A stretch of DNA of 64,000 bases from Methanobacteriota archaeon (lineage in GTDB: Archaea; Thermoplasmatota; Thermoplasmata; SG8-5; JAGLSY01): contig JAEHCO010000002.1 in assembly GCA_020697715.1 (NCBI GenBank), positions 32,001 through 96,000 on the forward strand, in the 5' to 3' direction. Made by a program: the position numbers and the translations under genes. The notes beneath the pieces are model-generated. The model worked only from the letters and a program-made list of their open reading frames with translations. It had not been told where the DNA came from and searched no databases. Shown in pieces: positions 47,286 to 57,713 of the stretch. Each line of letters opens with the position of its first letter. The stretch's first letter is position 1.

Positions 47286-48572
47286 TTGACCGCCTTGATG
47301 ACCATAATGGCAGAGGCTAAATCCGGTATCACCGATCTTATCAGGCAGGTGGCCGCGGACGAGAAGATGGACCCAGAGAAATTACGCAGGGCGGTAGCTG
47401 CTGGCCACATTGTGATTCCCAATAATCCCATACATTCTCCTATACCAAAAGGGATCGGAGAGGGTTGTAGTATCAAGGTGAATGTGAACCTTGGCACATC
47501 CGAGGATTGTATGGATGTGGAAGAAGAATTGGAGAAAGCTCGAGTCGCGATGAAGTTCGGAGCAGATGCCATCATGGATCTGAGCACTGGTGGAGATGTG
47601 GATGCGATCCGCGCCCGCATCATGAAGGAAGTCAATATTCCGATCGGAACGGTTCCGATTTACCAGGCGGGATTGGAGATGGCCAGGAAATGCTCTGTCG
47701 TGGATATGACAGAGGATATGATCTTCAATGGCATCGAGAAGCATGCGAAGGACGGCGTGGACTTCATGACCGTCCACACTGGCATAACCAAGGAAAGCAT
47801 AGGTCGATTGAAGAAATGCGGCCGACTTACTGACATAGTCAGCCGCGGTGGCTCCTTCCTGACAGCGTGGATACTGGCCAATGACATGGAGAATCCCCTT
47901 TACGAGAATTTCGATTACCTGTTGGAACTGGCTCAAAAATACGAGTTCACCCTCAGCCTGGGAGATGGGCTGAGGCCAGGCAGTATTGCCGATGCCACCG
48001 ACGGTCCTCAACTTCAGGAACTTATCATCCTGGGCGAATGCGTCCAGCGTGCCCGTGAGGCAAATGTACAGACCATGGTGGAAGGCCCTGGCCATGTTCC
48101 ACTCAATCAGATAGAAGCGAATATGATAATTGAGAAGACCATCTGCAAGAACGCGCCCTTCTATGTCCTGGGCCCGTTGGTCACGGATATCGCACCCGGA
48201 TATGACCACATTGTGGGAGCCATCGGTGGCGCACTGGCTGCCTATCATGGCGCGGATTTCCTGTGCTATGTGACCCCGGCTGAACATCTATGTCTTCCGG
48301 ATGTGGAGGATGTGAAGATTGGCACGATAACCAGCAAGATAGCGGCTCACGCGGCCGATGTGGCGAAAGGCCGCGGTATGGAGCGTGACAATGCAATATC
48401 TCAGGGCAGGAAGGATCTTGACTGGGATGTGATCTACAAGAATTCCATTGATCCAGAACATGCCCGCAAGAGGCGTGGAGACCGAGAGCCAGGGGAAGAG
48501 GATGTGTGCTCGATGTGTGGGGAATACTGCGCTATCAAGCTGATCAAAGAGCATATGGATAAGGAAGATTAG
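47286..48572 (+). CDS. thiC: Phosphomethylpyrimidine synthase
   Basis: KVNVNLGTS, MDLSTGG, GTVPIYQ, VSRGGS, EGPGH, CSMCGEYC; true start probably a few codons downstream. Confidence 0.93.
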   Translation: MTALMTIMAEAKSGITDLIRQVAADEKMDPEKLRRAVAAGHIVIPNNPIHSPIPKGIGEGCSIKVNVNLGTSEDCMDVEEELEKARVAMKFGADAIMDLSTGGDVDAIRARIMKEVNIPIGTVPIYQAGLEMARKCSVVDMTEDMIFNGIEKHAKDGVDFMTVHTGITKESIGRLKKCGRLTDIVSRGGSFLTAWILANDMENPLYENFDYLLELAQKYEFTLSLGDGLRPGSIADATDGPQLQELIILGECVQRAREANVQTMVEGPGHVPLNQIEANMIIEKTICKNAPFYVLGPLVTDIAPGYDHIVGAIGGALAAYHGADFLCYVTPAEHLCLPDVEDVKIGTITSKIAAHAADVAKGRGMERDNAISQGRKDLDWDVIYKNSIDPEHARKRRGDREPGEEDVCSMCGEYCAIKLIKEHMDKED

Positions 48573-48698
48573 TTATCTTCTGGCAGAATCATTCGGCAGT
48601 AATTATGCAGGCGTAATAATATTAATCTAATTATATTATTATTTGCATAAATATAACATATATTGCATAGAAATATCAAAAATGTATCAAAAATAAGA

Positions 48699-49730
48699 TC
48701 ATCCAGTGATGATCTTCTGATAATCGCCTTCCTTCATCATCTCTGTCCCATCGACTGTTATCGAGCATTTCAACATCAGCAGATCGATATGATGGTGGCA
48801 TGACCATGTGGCGCCTGTTTTCTCGTGATATGGATCTCCAAAGGCCACATGTATCGTTGGAAGTTTCTCATCCTGAAGGATATTGCCAACTATCTTCTCA
48901 AGGAATATATTGGTGCCTATGCCAAGCTCTCCAACCCTGGATGCGCATGGCTCGCTGTTAATGTATTTTGTGAAATCCTCAAGAAGCTCCTTGTTCTCAC
49001 ACTCGCAATAGGCGACATAGGATCCGCCATTCCTGGTCTCGACATCGATTATCAATGGGGTCTCGGAGAAATCAACGATCTCATTGTATTTCTCGCCAAG
49101 CCAGTCACCAACTGTACCATCGACCACGAGTCTACCCTCAAGGGTAAGTGGTGCTGTGAATACTTCACCGGATGGGAGATTGTCCCATTCTCCGGTCTTG
49201 GTGACCACGCCAGAGCATGGTATCCATTTCATTGAAGAATCCATCCTCGCGATAAAATCTGTGCCAGCTGGTGATGTGACACGTATCTCTTCCGCATCCT
49301 TCACCATCCTGTAGACATTCTCGGTGATCTTCTGGACAATATCATAATCAACACACATGCCAGATTCCATTATCTCATTGGAAACACCGACCATGTGTGC
49401 ATGTCGTGCTTTGGCCTTTATAAGTTTCAGGAAAGGTTCCCTGAGTGTTGCCAATTCCCCTTCACGGGCACCAGCAACGAAAAAAGTGACGGTTGCTTTC
49501 AATATGGCCTCTCTAAGCCCGTCCGGCATCTGTTTGAGAGGACGTCCTCCATAAGATGGTAGGTCAACATTGAAAAATCTGACATGGTTGGTTATCTCGA
49601 GAGATGCCTTTCTGAGCGCGATGCCGATGTCTTTACTATCTTCATCAGCAACTATGAGGACATAATCCTCTGGCTTTACGACCATGCACTTTTCGACAGC
49701 GATCTTCGCACCTTGCTCAATTGGAACCAT
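48699..49730 (-). CDS. M29-family aminopeptidase
   Basis: NLPSGEVFTAP, GELGIGTN, DEK, HVAFG, HID. Confidence 0.92.
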   Translation of the reverse strand: MVPIEQGAKIAVEKCMVVKPEDYVLIVADEDSKDIGIALRKASLEITNHVRFFNVDLPSYGGRPLKQMPDGLREAILKATVTFFVAGAREGELATLREPFLKLIKAKARHAHMVGVSNEIMESGMCVDYDIVQKITENVYRMVKDAEEIRVTSPAGTDFIARMDSSMKWIPCSGVVTKTGEWDNLPSGEVFTAPLTLEGRLVVDGTVGDWLGEKYNEIVDFSETPLIIDVETRNGGSYVAYCECENKELLEDFTKYINSEPCASRVGELGIGTNIFLEKIVGNILQDEKLPTIHVAFGDPYHEKTGATWSCHHHIDLLMLKCSITVDGTEMMKEGDYQKIITG

Positions 49731-49869
49731 CAGTCTTCCGTAAAATGGAACTAATATATAACACTTCCACCAAACAATTTTATAGTTACCAGGCATAAAT
49801 AATAATATTAACATTATTAAGGAATATGGGATAATTTTAAATCATTTTTCGAGATACGCTATCGTTAAT

Positions 49870-50241
49870 ATGCCTCCACTTGGAATAATGACCTATGGTT
49901 ATGATGAGAATACCGCACGAAATGTCCAGAGTATGCTGGAGGTCATGATGGGGTCCGATATAGTGGTCATCGGAGCATCAGATAAGGATGATGTGCTTGT
50001 TAGCCAGATATTGGAAAGTGGCCCGGATTCTTCCACTTTCGCAGACCATCAGAACAAGATGCTCATGCTACTTGGTTTCGATGATGATCAGGTCAAGGTA
50101 CTTTTGCAGAACTTCCCAAAGAAAGAGCGCCCGATATTTTGCGGACTGACAGAAGAGAACATCAAATGGGACATGAAATATTTGATGGAACATCTCCTCG
50201 AAGAAAAGAAATACTGGGAATCGAAGGGAAAGCGCAATTGA
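49870..50241 (+). CDS. DUF3783-like protein
   Basis: MLMLLGF...FCGLTEENIKW....L.EHL.EE pattern. Confidence 0.75.
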   Translation: MPPLGIMTYGYDENTARNVQSMLEVMMGSDIVVIGASDKDDVLVSQILESGPDSSTFADHQNKMLMLLGFDDDQVKVLLQNFPKKERPIFCGLTEENIKWDMKYLMEHLLEEKKYWESKGKRN

Positions 50242-50256
50242 TACATCATTCTAAAT

Positions 50257-51105
50257 CTATAGCTCGGAAGGCAATGTCTCATCAGGTTCCACAGGCGTAC
50301 CAGCCGCCTGTGTTTGCGGTTTTTCATCCTGCACTGGTGTTTGTGGCTGAGTGGGTTGTGGGGGTTGAGCTGGCTGAGGATATCCCTGCCTCTGATATGC
50401 AGTTGTTTGATAAACTGGCTGGAAACTCATTGGCTGAAGTTGTTGTGGTTGTCGCTTATCCTTCTTCTTGCGCTCACCATATATTGCGAGCACGACGATA
50501 CTGACCAATATAAGAAGTCCAATGCCTCCTACCAGGATCAATCCTCCTATGATATCTGTGAAAGGATCATCCGTCCATGAGGAGGAGTACTCGTATTCTA
50601 GTGCCATTTCTAATGACACAACACCTTCTGTATCTGCATCATTCGAGGTGATATTGCAATTGCGATTGTCTATTATTATGAATATCTCATCATCTGAGTA
50701 ATCGTAATAATAGTCTCCACCGCCTTCCTCGAACTCATAATGTATATTGGCCACAGCCACATCTTCCACTGATTCTGTTTTGTGTGAAATGGCTCTTGGC
50801 TCGGTCGCGTCATCTGATGATGAATAATCTCCATAATAGTATGTGGAATAAGGATAGGCATTATCCACCTGGGTGTAGGTCATGACATAGACATCTATAT
50901 TTCCACCAGAGGTGACCGTGATATTGACCCATATCTCGCTGTAGGTCCAGGCATCATATGGCCCCGATATGTAGAAGTTTCCTTCTCCTATGTGGATGAT
51001 ATCTGACTCAATATCCTGAGCTTTAGAATTATCAGTAATTATGAATGTCAATGAAGCAGTGATCAATATCGCAAGCACGATGCAACTGAAAGCCCTTCCC
51101 TTCAT
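50257..51105 (-). CDS. Single-pass membrane protein with Q/P-rich cytoplasmic tail
   Basis: Signal peptide, IDVYVM..IIIDN beta domain, TM, RKKK, QP-rich tail. Confidence 0.82.
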   Translation of the reverse strand: MKGRAFSCIVLAILITASLTFIITDNSKAQDIESDIIHIGEGNFYISGPYDAWTYSEIWVNITVTSGGNIDVYVMTYTQVDNAYPYSTYYYGDYSSSDDATEPRAISHKTESVEDVAVANIHYEFEEGGGDYYYDYSDDEIFIIIDNRNCNITSNDADTEGVVSLEMALEYEYSSSWTDDPFTDIIGGLILVGGIGLLILVSIVVLAIYGERKKKDKRQPQQLQPMSFQPVYQTTAYQRQGYPQPAQPPQPTQPQTPVQDEKPQTQAAGTPVEPDETLPSEL

Positions 51106-51145
51106 GGATGAATATCACATTATTGAGATATAAGACTTTGGAATA

Positions 51146-51220
51146 TGTGAGAAAACTCGCCTACGTCTTGTGTGCCACAAGGCTAGTTCGCAATCAATAG
51201 ATTGCTCACCTCACCTGCTC
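51146..51220 (+). repeat. Dispersed palindromic repeat, divergent copy
   Basis: TGTGAGAAAACTCGCC (compare 5938), two internal hairpins, CACCTGCTC. Confidence 0.55.
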
Positions 51221-51255
51221 TTAGTTCGGATCGTTATGCTTCTCGGCTCAATTGC

Positions 51256-52089
51256 TTAAAACTTCTTGGATATCTCGTCCAAAACCGATTCGAATATAGC
51301 TCTTCCATCTCCAAGCCCTGTAGGGAATGCTCTCGTCCAATCTGGATGCATCTCACGATCCATCACCCTCTCTGGATGTGGCATCATGCCAAACACATTA
51401 CCCTGTGGATTACAGATGCCAGCCACATTCTTTTCGGAGCCATTTGGATTCCAGGGATAACCAGCATAGATCCCGTCTGGATCGACATAGCTGAACACCA
51501 GCATGTCTTTCTCAGCCAGCTTCTTGTAAGCTATATCTACTTCCGCTGAAGGGAAAATGAGCTTTCCTTCAGCGTGAGCGGATGGGCACATGAGGACCTC
51601 ATCCTTCGGTATCTTGGATGTGAACATGCAGTTGCCTTTATTCTCGTGCTTGAGAAGTGTTGGTCGGCATTCGAACCTGGAGGAATCATTGGTGGTCAGG
51701 ACCGCCTTAGGAATATCCGACATGATCTCATCGAAGCCAGGCAGTAGACCAAGTTCGACCAATACCTGAAAACCATTGCATACTCCAAGAACAGCCTTTC
51801 CTTCATTCACAAAGGCTTTTAGATCATCCTTAAGGCCGGCTTTCATACGAGCCGCCCATATCGCGCCAGCGCGGACATAATCACCTGAGGAAAACCCACC
51901 GGGGATCATGAGTATCTGGTAATCGGCCAGACTTCTTTTTTCGGCATCCGTGACATCCTGGCCTAAAAGCTGTTTCAGGTGCACGATCTCGGGCTGTGCG
52001 CCCAGTCTCTTGAATGCCTGGTAAGACTCTTGCTCGCAATTGGTTCCCTCTATCCTGAGAACGCAGACCTTGATATCCTGGATGTTCAT
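51256..52089 (-). CDS. purQ: FGAM synthase subunit PurQ
   Basis: GTNCE, PGGFSSGDY, GVCNGFQ, AHAEG, MMPHPER. Confidence 0.97.
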   Translation of the reverse strand: MNIQDIKVCVLRIEGTNCEQESYQAFKRLGAQPEIVHLKQLLGQDVTDAEKRSLADYQILMIPGGFSSGDYVRAGAIWAARMKAGLKDDLKAFVNEGKAVLGVCNGFQVLVELGLLPGFDEIMSDIPKAVLTTNDSSRFECRPTLLKHENKGNCMFTSKIPKDEVLMCPSAHAEGKLIFPSAEVDIAYKKLAEKDMLVFSYVDPDGIYAGYPWNPNGSEKNVAGICNPQGNVFGMMPHPERVMDREMHPDWTRAFPTGLGDGRAIFESVLDEISKKF

Positions 52090-52164
52090 CTTTGATCCTC
52101 CTATGTCAATGGGCATAGTTCCATAGAATTTATGCTTTATGATTTAACAGAACTTAACAACATA

Positions 52165-52184
52165 CCGAGCGAGCAGGGTTGAAT
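52165..52184 (-). repeat. Partial dispersed repeat copy
   Basis: Reverse complement ATTCAACCCTGCTCGCTCGG versus ATTCAACCTGCTCGCTCGG at 5975. Confidence 0.6.
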
Positions 52185-52194
52185 ACTTTATGAT

Positions 52195-53760
52195 TTATTT
52201 TCGCCTTCTTGAAAATGTGATCAAAGTAAAAGCTATGATAGTGGCAACTAATATTGTCATTAATTCGAAGCCAGGGGCTTCTTCACTGCTTTCATCATCA
52301 TTATCACCTTCATCATCTGCCACATCATCGTCGTCATCATCGGCCGGGAAATCATCCGGATCTGTTGGGTCCGTATTTGCTTCAAATTCTTCAAGATTAT
52401 CAAAGGTGTCATTATCAAAATCATCACTGCCAGTCTGAGATGTATCATCGAAATACTCCTCTTCCCAGGCATCATCCATATCGTCATCGTCTACATCATC
52501 GAAATCATCAGTGGTATCATCAACGGTATCGTCTGTGGTATCATCCGTTGTGGATATTCGAACGACCATGGAGGTGTTGAAGAACCCTACGATTTGAGTA
52601 TCATCAGTCTCTGCCTTATAGTGCACATAGGCCATCATGGATACTTGGTTTTCTGATGGGGACTCAGAACATTCAATGGTAACTAATAGATGTGTCTCAA
52701 CATCCTCGGAAAAAGAGACATAGACTGGTCGTTCAAGAGTCTCCACATCGTTCTTGAATATTTTGATCAAGGTGAGATCAGTGGTGCTTACGGATAGGTG
52801 GCTGTCATTGGTTCCAGTTACATAAAGGTCAAGATCCACTTCATCATTGTGTTCTGCCATGACCATGCTCTTGTACTGAACTACAAGGCCATCCATTTGG
52901 AATATTTCAAAGTCTGGTCTTGCAACCTTTAGTATGATATTGAATGATGCCGTAGGCGACAGGATATATGCCGTGGTTTCAGGTGTCACCAGCATATTCG
53001 GCTCTCCAGTTATTATGCCCTTAATAGTGAATTCTCTCGGGCTCCAAGCCTGTGCCTGTAGGTCTATGTAATGCCTGCTCTGTTCACCCAAATGGCGTAT
53101 GCCAGTTGAGTTACTTGTTGAAAGCAAGTTATCATAGATATCATATGTGAACTCGAATTCCATTGGTATATTCCCTGTATTGGAAGTCGTGAAATATGAT
53201 GATCCACTGGAATCTGCTGGATCGTAAGTGCTCAAAGAAATCGATTGGTAAGGCTCAATATCGAAATAGAAAGACGGCCCGGAGAATGATATACCGGCCC
53301 GTGGCATTTCTACCAGAACGATGCTCGAATGCTCCTCGACCCCATTTGAGAATATCTCCAATGTCCAGCTCCCCTCGACAGCGGTCGCGTGAAGGCCTAT
53401 GTAGAATGAATAGAGGGAGCCCAATAGCGCGCAGTTGGTTGGGGAGATATAGTCTGAATACTCCAGATCCTCCCAGGTCGAGCCATCATAATGGAATTGG
53501 TAGAAGTTGGTCTCATTCTTCACGGTCGGCAGAGCACTGCCCTCATAGAGGAACACCGTAACATTATTTGATGTGCTGGGCAATGAGAAGTCAAGGTTAT
53601 GCCATATCCCTGCCACGATGATCGGATACCCACCTGAAAATCTTGGATCCTCACCTGCAAGTGATATCTCAAAATTGTCTATCGCTCCATGGGCTGGCTT
53701 GACTGGCAGTCCACCAATTATCATCATGGCCAGTATAATTACAATGATCGTCTTCCTCAT
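52195..53760 (-). CDS. PGF-CTERM surface protein
   Basis: Signal peptide, Asp-rich Ca-binding-like repeat (DDDDMDDAWE..D.D.D...NLEEF...TDP), APGF-TM-RRRK. Confidence 0.88.
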   Translation of the reverse strand: MRKTIIVIILAMMIIGGLPVKPAHGAIDNFEISLAGEDPRFSGGYPIIVAGIWHNLDFSLPSTSNNVTVFLYEGSALPTVKNETNFYQFHYDGSTWEDLEYSDYISPTNCALLGSLYSFYIGLHATAVEGSWTLEIFSNGVEEHSSIVLVEMPRAGISFSGPSFYFDIEPYQSISLSTYDPADSSGSSYFTTSNTGNIPMEFEFTYDIYDNLLSTSNSTGIRHLGEQSRHYIDLQAQAWSPREFTIKGIITGEPNMLVTPETTAYILSPTASFNIILKVARPDFEIFQMDGLVVQYKSMVMAEHNDEVDLDLYVTGTNDSHLSVSTTDLTLIKIFKNDVETLERPVYVSFSEDVETHLLVTIECSESPSENQVSMMAYVHYKAETDDTQIVGFFNTSMVVRISTTDDTTDDTVDDTTDDFDDVDDDDMDDAWEEEYFDDTSQTGSDDFDNDTFDNLEEFEANTDPTDPDDFPADDDDDDVADDEGDNDDESSEEAPGFELMTILVATIIAFTLITFSRRRK

Positions 53761-53826
53761 ATCTTCCACCTCAGATACCTTATACTATTTTGATTAATAT
53801 TACTTGAGGTCATATTCTGTTTGTAT

Positions 53827-53863
53827 AATATTGTCTGATATTGTCTAATATTATCTAATTGTC
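53827..53863. repeat. Degenerate 10-bp tandem repeat (RATATTRTCT)
   Basis: AATATTGTCT GATATTGTCT AATATTATCT AATTGTC. Confidence 0.65.
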
Positions 53864-53864
53864 A

Positions 53865-54620
53865 TTACTTATCTTCAGATCTAGATCCCGAATTATCCGC
53901 GGCTATCTGAAGGAAATTCTCCAGGTGGCTTGCCAGATATGCATTGTCCGTGAAGCCGCAGGTCTCCAGGTCTGGTGAGGCTATGAGCGCGCTATGGCTG
54001 TCAATTATGATGTCAGTGGCTATCAATCCATTCTTCCGTGTAACATTAACGCCGGGAAACACCTTCTGGCCATGAGGTGTGAGTATGGTGATCTCCACGC
54101 CTCGCTTCAGTGCGGATGCCACTTTTTTATCCAGTTTCTGCCTGAACTCCGACATGTTCGGGGTGGACATCATGAACGTTTCAGTGGCTTTATCCAGCAT
54201 CTCACTGATCCTGTCTACGACCTTTGCCTTTCCAGTTATTGTGTAAATGAGCTGGGGCATGCCCTGCTCTTTCAGGATCTCTCGTATGGACTCCAGCTTG
54301 CTAAAGGTGTCCTCGAGGCGGGTGATTATCTGCCCGCCTATCTTCCTCGGTTCTTCTGGCCGATATAATCGAGGTCTGCCTTCACCTGCATGGGCAAAGC
54401 CCTTATCTTCAAGAGTGTCGAGAACTTTATAAGCCGAAGTTCTCGGTATCTGTGCGGTTGTCGCGATGGTGTCCGCATCCGAAACTCCATGTGCGACCAA
54501 TGCGATATATGCTCGGGCTTCATAATCTGACAGACCCAGCAATGCCAGATCTGTAGATATCAGCCTGTACTCCTCCATGAGGGTTTCATTGCTCTGGCTT
54601 ATTATATCCACGATATCCAT
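53865..54620 (-). CDS. TrmB-family transcriptional regulator
   Basis: LGLSDYEARAYIAL, IPRTSAYKVL..LEDKG, GRPRLY plus effector domain. Confidence 0.93.
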   Translation of the reverse strand: MDIVDIISQSNETLMEEYRLISTDLALLGLSDYEARAYIALVAHGVSDADTIATTAQIPRTSAYKVLDTLEDKGFAHAGEGRPRLYRPEEPRKIGGQIITRLEDTFSKLESIREILKEQGMPQLIYTITGKAKVVDRISEMLDKATETFMMSTPNMSEFRQKLDKKVASALKRGVEITILTPHGQKVFPGVNVTRKNGLIATDIIIDSHSALIASPDLETCGFTDNAYLASHLENFLQIAADNSGSRSEDK

Positions 54621-54677
54621 AATATTACCTTTGTCGCAGTTATCGCTACAAAACACTTAAGTCTTTTCCTCATATAT

Positions 54678-56243
54678 ATGTTATTGATTCTTATGATTAT
54701 AAAAGAGAGTACTTTGAAGACAGGATTGCCTAAGAAGACACCCTCACTTTGTCCGGAATGCAAGAAGGTCATTACGGCAGATATCTTTGAGAGGGATGGG
54801 AAAGTTATGATATCCAAGACATGCGAGGAGCATGGTTTTTACGAGGATATCTATTGGTCAGATGTTGAGCTTTACAATAAGGCTCAAACCTGGGCCTATG
54901 ATGGTATCGGTGTGGAGAATCCCGCCTTACCAGTCAAGGATGGATGTCCCTTTGACTGCGGCCTTTGCCCCACGCATACCAGCCACACATCTCTGGCCAA
55001 TCTCGATCTTACAAATAGATGCAATTTGAAATGCCCGATATGTTTTGCGAACGCTAATGATGCGGGCTATGTCTATGAGCCGACCTTCGATGAGGTAGTT
55101 TCCATGATGGAGACCCTCAGAGCGGAGAAGCCAGTGCCTTGTAATGCCATTCAGTTCGCTGGTGGAGAGCCAACCATATACCCCCAGCTCTTCGAGGTCA
55201 TATCGAAGGCAAGGGACCTGGGTTTCGCCCAGATACAGATAGCCACCAATGGTCTGAAGATGGCAAGAGAGCCAGGCTTCACAAAGAAGATGCAGGATGC
55301 TGGCATGCATACGATCTATCTCCAATTCGATGGTCTTCGCGAGGAGAACTACATCGCTGCGAGGGGTGTGCCTCTTCTCAAGGACAAGCTGGCTGCCATA
55401 GAGAGCTGCAGGATCGGCGACGAGAACATGTCCATTGTTCTTGTTCCAACGATAATCAATGGAATTAACGATGATCAGGTTGGCGAGATCGTCAAGTTTG
55501 CCATCGAGAACCGTGATGTCGTTAGATCGGTCAATTTCCAACCAGTGGCTTTCACAGGTCGTATCGATCAGGATGAGAGGCTTGCAGGTAGATTCACACT
55601 TCCCGACCTGGTTGACAGGATGGGAGCACAGACTGGCATAACCAATAAGGACGATTGGTTTCCAGTTCCTGTTGTTACTCCAATATCTGAATTAATGTCC
55701 GTCCTGGCCGGAGAGCCAAAGGTAGCCTTCACTCCACATCCAAACTGTGGACTGGCCACTTATATCTTTATAGATAAGGAGGGTAACTCAACACCTATCA
55801 CCCGCTTTGTGGATGTCGAAGGTCTGATGAGGGAGATATATGATCTATCTCAGAAGAGCCAGGGAAAGAAGATGATGCTTCCTGTGAAGCTGAAGGCATT
55901 TGACATAATCAAGAAGCATTTCCATGTAGAGAAAGCACCAGAGGGACTCAATGTCACGAAGTTCCTCAAGCTATTGCAGGCGGCCATGTCAACAGATTCG
56001 AAAGAAACACTGGCTGACTTCGCCTGGGACATGATGATGATCGGTGGAATGCATTTCCAGGATGATTACAATTATGATATCGAAAGGGTGAAGAGATGTG
56101 TAATTCACTATGTCACACCAGATAATCTCATCATACCATTCTGCGCCTATAATGGCGGGCCAACCTACAGGACTGAAGTTGAAAAGAAACACTCCATACC
56201 AAACGACGAATGGAGGGCCAGACACGGCGGTGAAGGATTATGA
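54678..56243 (+). CDS. tes: Tetraether lipid synthase (Tes/GDGT-MAS, MJ0619 family radical SAM)
   Basis: SLCPEC..CEEHG metal site, GCPFDCGLC..H, TNRCNLKCPICF, RCVIHY..IPFC; start may be ATG 54693. Confidence 0.88.
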   Translation: MLLILMIIKESTLKTGLPKKTPSLCPECKKVITADIFERDGKVMISKTCEEHGFYEDIYWSDVELYNKAQTWAYDGIGVENPALPVKDGCPFDCGLCPTHTSHTSLANLDLTNRCNLKCPICFANANDAGYVYEPTFDEVVSMMETLRAEKPVPCNAIQFAGGEPTIYPQLFEVISKARDLGFAQIQIATNGLKMAREPGFTKKMQDAGMHTIYLQFDGLREENYIAARGVPLLKDKLAAIESCRIGDENMSIVLVPTIINGINDDQVGEIVKFAIENRDVVRSVNFQPVAFTGRIDQDERLAGRFTLPDLVDRMGAQTGITNKDDWFPVPVVTPISELMSVLAGEPKVAFTPHPNCGLATYIFIDKEGNSTPITRFVDVEGLMREIYDLSQKSQGKKMMLPVKLKAFDIIKKHFHVEKAPEGLNVTKFLKLLQAAMSTDSKETLADFAWDMMMIGGMHFQDDYNYDIERVKRCVIHYVTPDNLIIPFCAYNGGPTYRTEVEKKHSIPNDEWRARHGGEGL

Positions 56244-56410
56244 TCGTGGTAGATCCACGACTATGTCTGCATTGTGCGCAATGTGTTGGAACATGCCCTC
56301 ATATGGCACTCGAATTGAATGACATGCACATTGAAGTGAATGAGAACTGCAAGTCCTGCAAATGGTGTGTTATCTCTTGCCCTGTTGGCGCACTCACACT
56401 GGAGGCCTGA
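56240..56410 (+). CDS. 56-aa 2x[4Fe-4S] ferredoxin (absent from the ORF track)
   Basis: CLHCAQCVGTCP and CKSCKWCVISCP; ATGA overlap with the tes stop. Confidence 0.93.
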   Translation: MIVVDPRLCLHCAQCVGTCPHMALELNDMHIEVNENCKSCKWCVISCPVGALTLEA

Positions 56411-56412
56411 AT

Positions 56413-57606
56413 ATGGAAGCTGAATACGATGCGATAATTGTTGGAGCCGGCCCCGCTGGCTCCCACACAGCGAGGTTCGCGGCCGAGGGTGGAGCCAAGG
56501 TACTTATTATCGAAAAAAGGCAGGAAGTTGGCAGTCCGGTAAGGTGTGCTGAAGGAGCTGCAAGGCGGTCCCTTCAGGAAGCCGAGGTCATCATAAATCC
56601 AAAATGGGTGTCTGGTGAAATGGACGGAGCCATGATCATCGCCCCGAATGGGAATTACCTGGAAGTGGACGAATCCAATGCAGGTGATGAGGTCGGCTAT
56701 GTTATCGAAAGGGATCTTTTCGATCAGGACCTGGCAAAGGTCGCTGTGCAGAGAGGAGCGGAACTTGTTCTGAAATGCGCATGCACTGGCCTTTTGAAGG
56801 ATGAGAATGGAAAGATATGTGGTGTCAAGGTCAATCACATGGGCGAGGAGAAGGAAATAAGATCCAAGCTCGTCATAGGAGCGGACGGCCATGAGTCCCT
56901 TGTTGGACGATGGGCTGGCCTCTCCCCGAAGCTCGAAAAGAATGACATCATAAGTGGATTGCAATACCGCATGACGAACTTGGATATCAATCACAAGTTC
57001 GTTCAGTTCTTCCTGACAAAGGAATTCGCGCCAGGCGGATATATCTGGATATTCCCCAAAGACGAGACAACGGCCAATGTGGGAATTGGAATAATTCTAA
57101 GCGAGATCAAGCACAAAGGTCATTTGAAAGAATTACTGGATGGCTGGATCGCAGCCAATCCAAAGATCGCACAGGGCAAGATAATCGATATTGTCGCAGG
57201 TGGAATACCTGTTGGATTGCCACTGGATGCCAATGTCATGGACGGGCTCATGCTCGTGGGTGATGCGGGCAGACAGACCGACCCCATTACCGGTGGAGGT
57301 ATCGGTAATGGTTGCAAAGCTGGCCGCCAATGTGGATTGACCATCGCGGCAGCAGTGAAGGCCAATGATTTCAGTGCCGAGTTCCTTCAGATGTACGAGA
57401 AGGGATGGCGCGATCTGCTGGAAGAAAGGCTTTACCGCAACTGGATGGCGAAAGAGGCTTGTATCGCACTGGATGATGATGTGTTCAATAAGATCGTGAC
57501 CACATTGTCCGAGGTCGGCATCGATGAAGTGAATGTCTTTAATTTACTGAAAGTTATAAACGAAAAACATCCGGAACTTGTCGAGGCTTTCAGCGACCTG
57601 ATATAA
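56413..57606 (+). CDS. Digeranylgeranylglycerophospholipid reductase (GGR)
   Basis: VGAGPAG, RCAEG, RDLFD, PGGYIWIFPK, VGDA...DPITGGGI. Confidence 0.93.
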   Translation: MEAEYDAIIVGAGPAGSHTARFAAEGGAKVLIIEKRQEVGSPVRCAEGAARRSLQEAEVIINPKWVSGEMDGAMIIAPNGNYLEVDESNAGDEVGYVIERDLFDQDLAKVAVQRGAELVLKCACTGLLKDENGKICGVKVNHMGEEKEIRSKLVIGADGHESLVGRWAGLSPKLEKNDIISGLQYRMTNLDINHKFVQFFLTKEFAPGGYIWIFPKDETTANVGIGIILSEIKHKGHLKELLDGWIAANPKIAQGKIIDIVAGGIPVGLPLDANVMDGLMLVGDAGRQTDPITGGGIGNGCKAGRQCGLTIAAAVKANDFSAEFLQMYEKGWRDLLEERLYRNWMAKEACIALDDDVFNKIVTTLSEVGIDEVNVFNLLKVINEKHPELVEAFSDLI

Positions 57607-57632
57607 CTGAGCGAGAAAGCAGAACAAAAATA

Positions 57633-57677
57633 CCAGCCAGTAAAACAAAACCTGGCTGGCTACTTTTCATTTTCTTT
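57633..57677 (+). terminator. Hairpin terminator
   Basis: CCAGCCAG-N11-CTGGCTGG then T-tracts. Confidence 0.65.
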
Positions 57678-57713
57678 TATTATCTTGGGTTTTCCCAGGA
57701 TAGATTAATTAAG

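Noticed and set aside
47201-47297. TPP riboswitch upstream of thiC
   Set aside because: No CUGAGA/CUGAU core; the short gap is filled by divergent promoters.
47382-48287. 301-aa antisense ORF (and similar long ones opposite hom, guaAB and tes)
   Set aside because: Lie opposite well-supported genes and carry no motifs.
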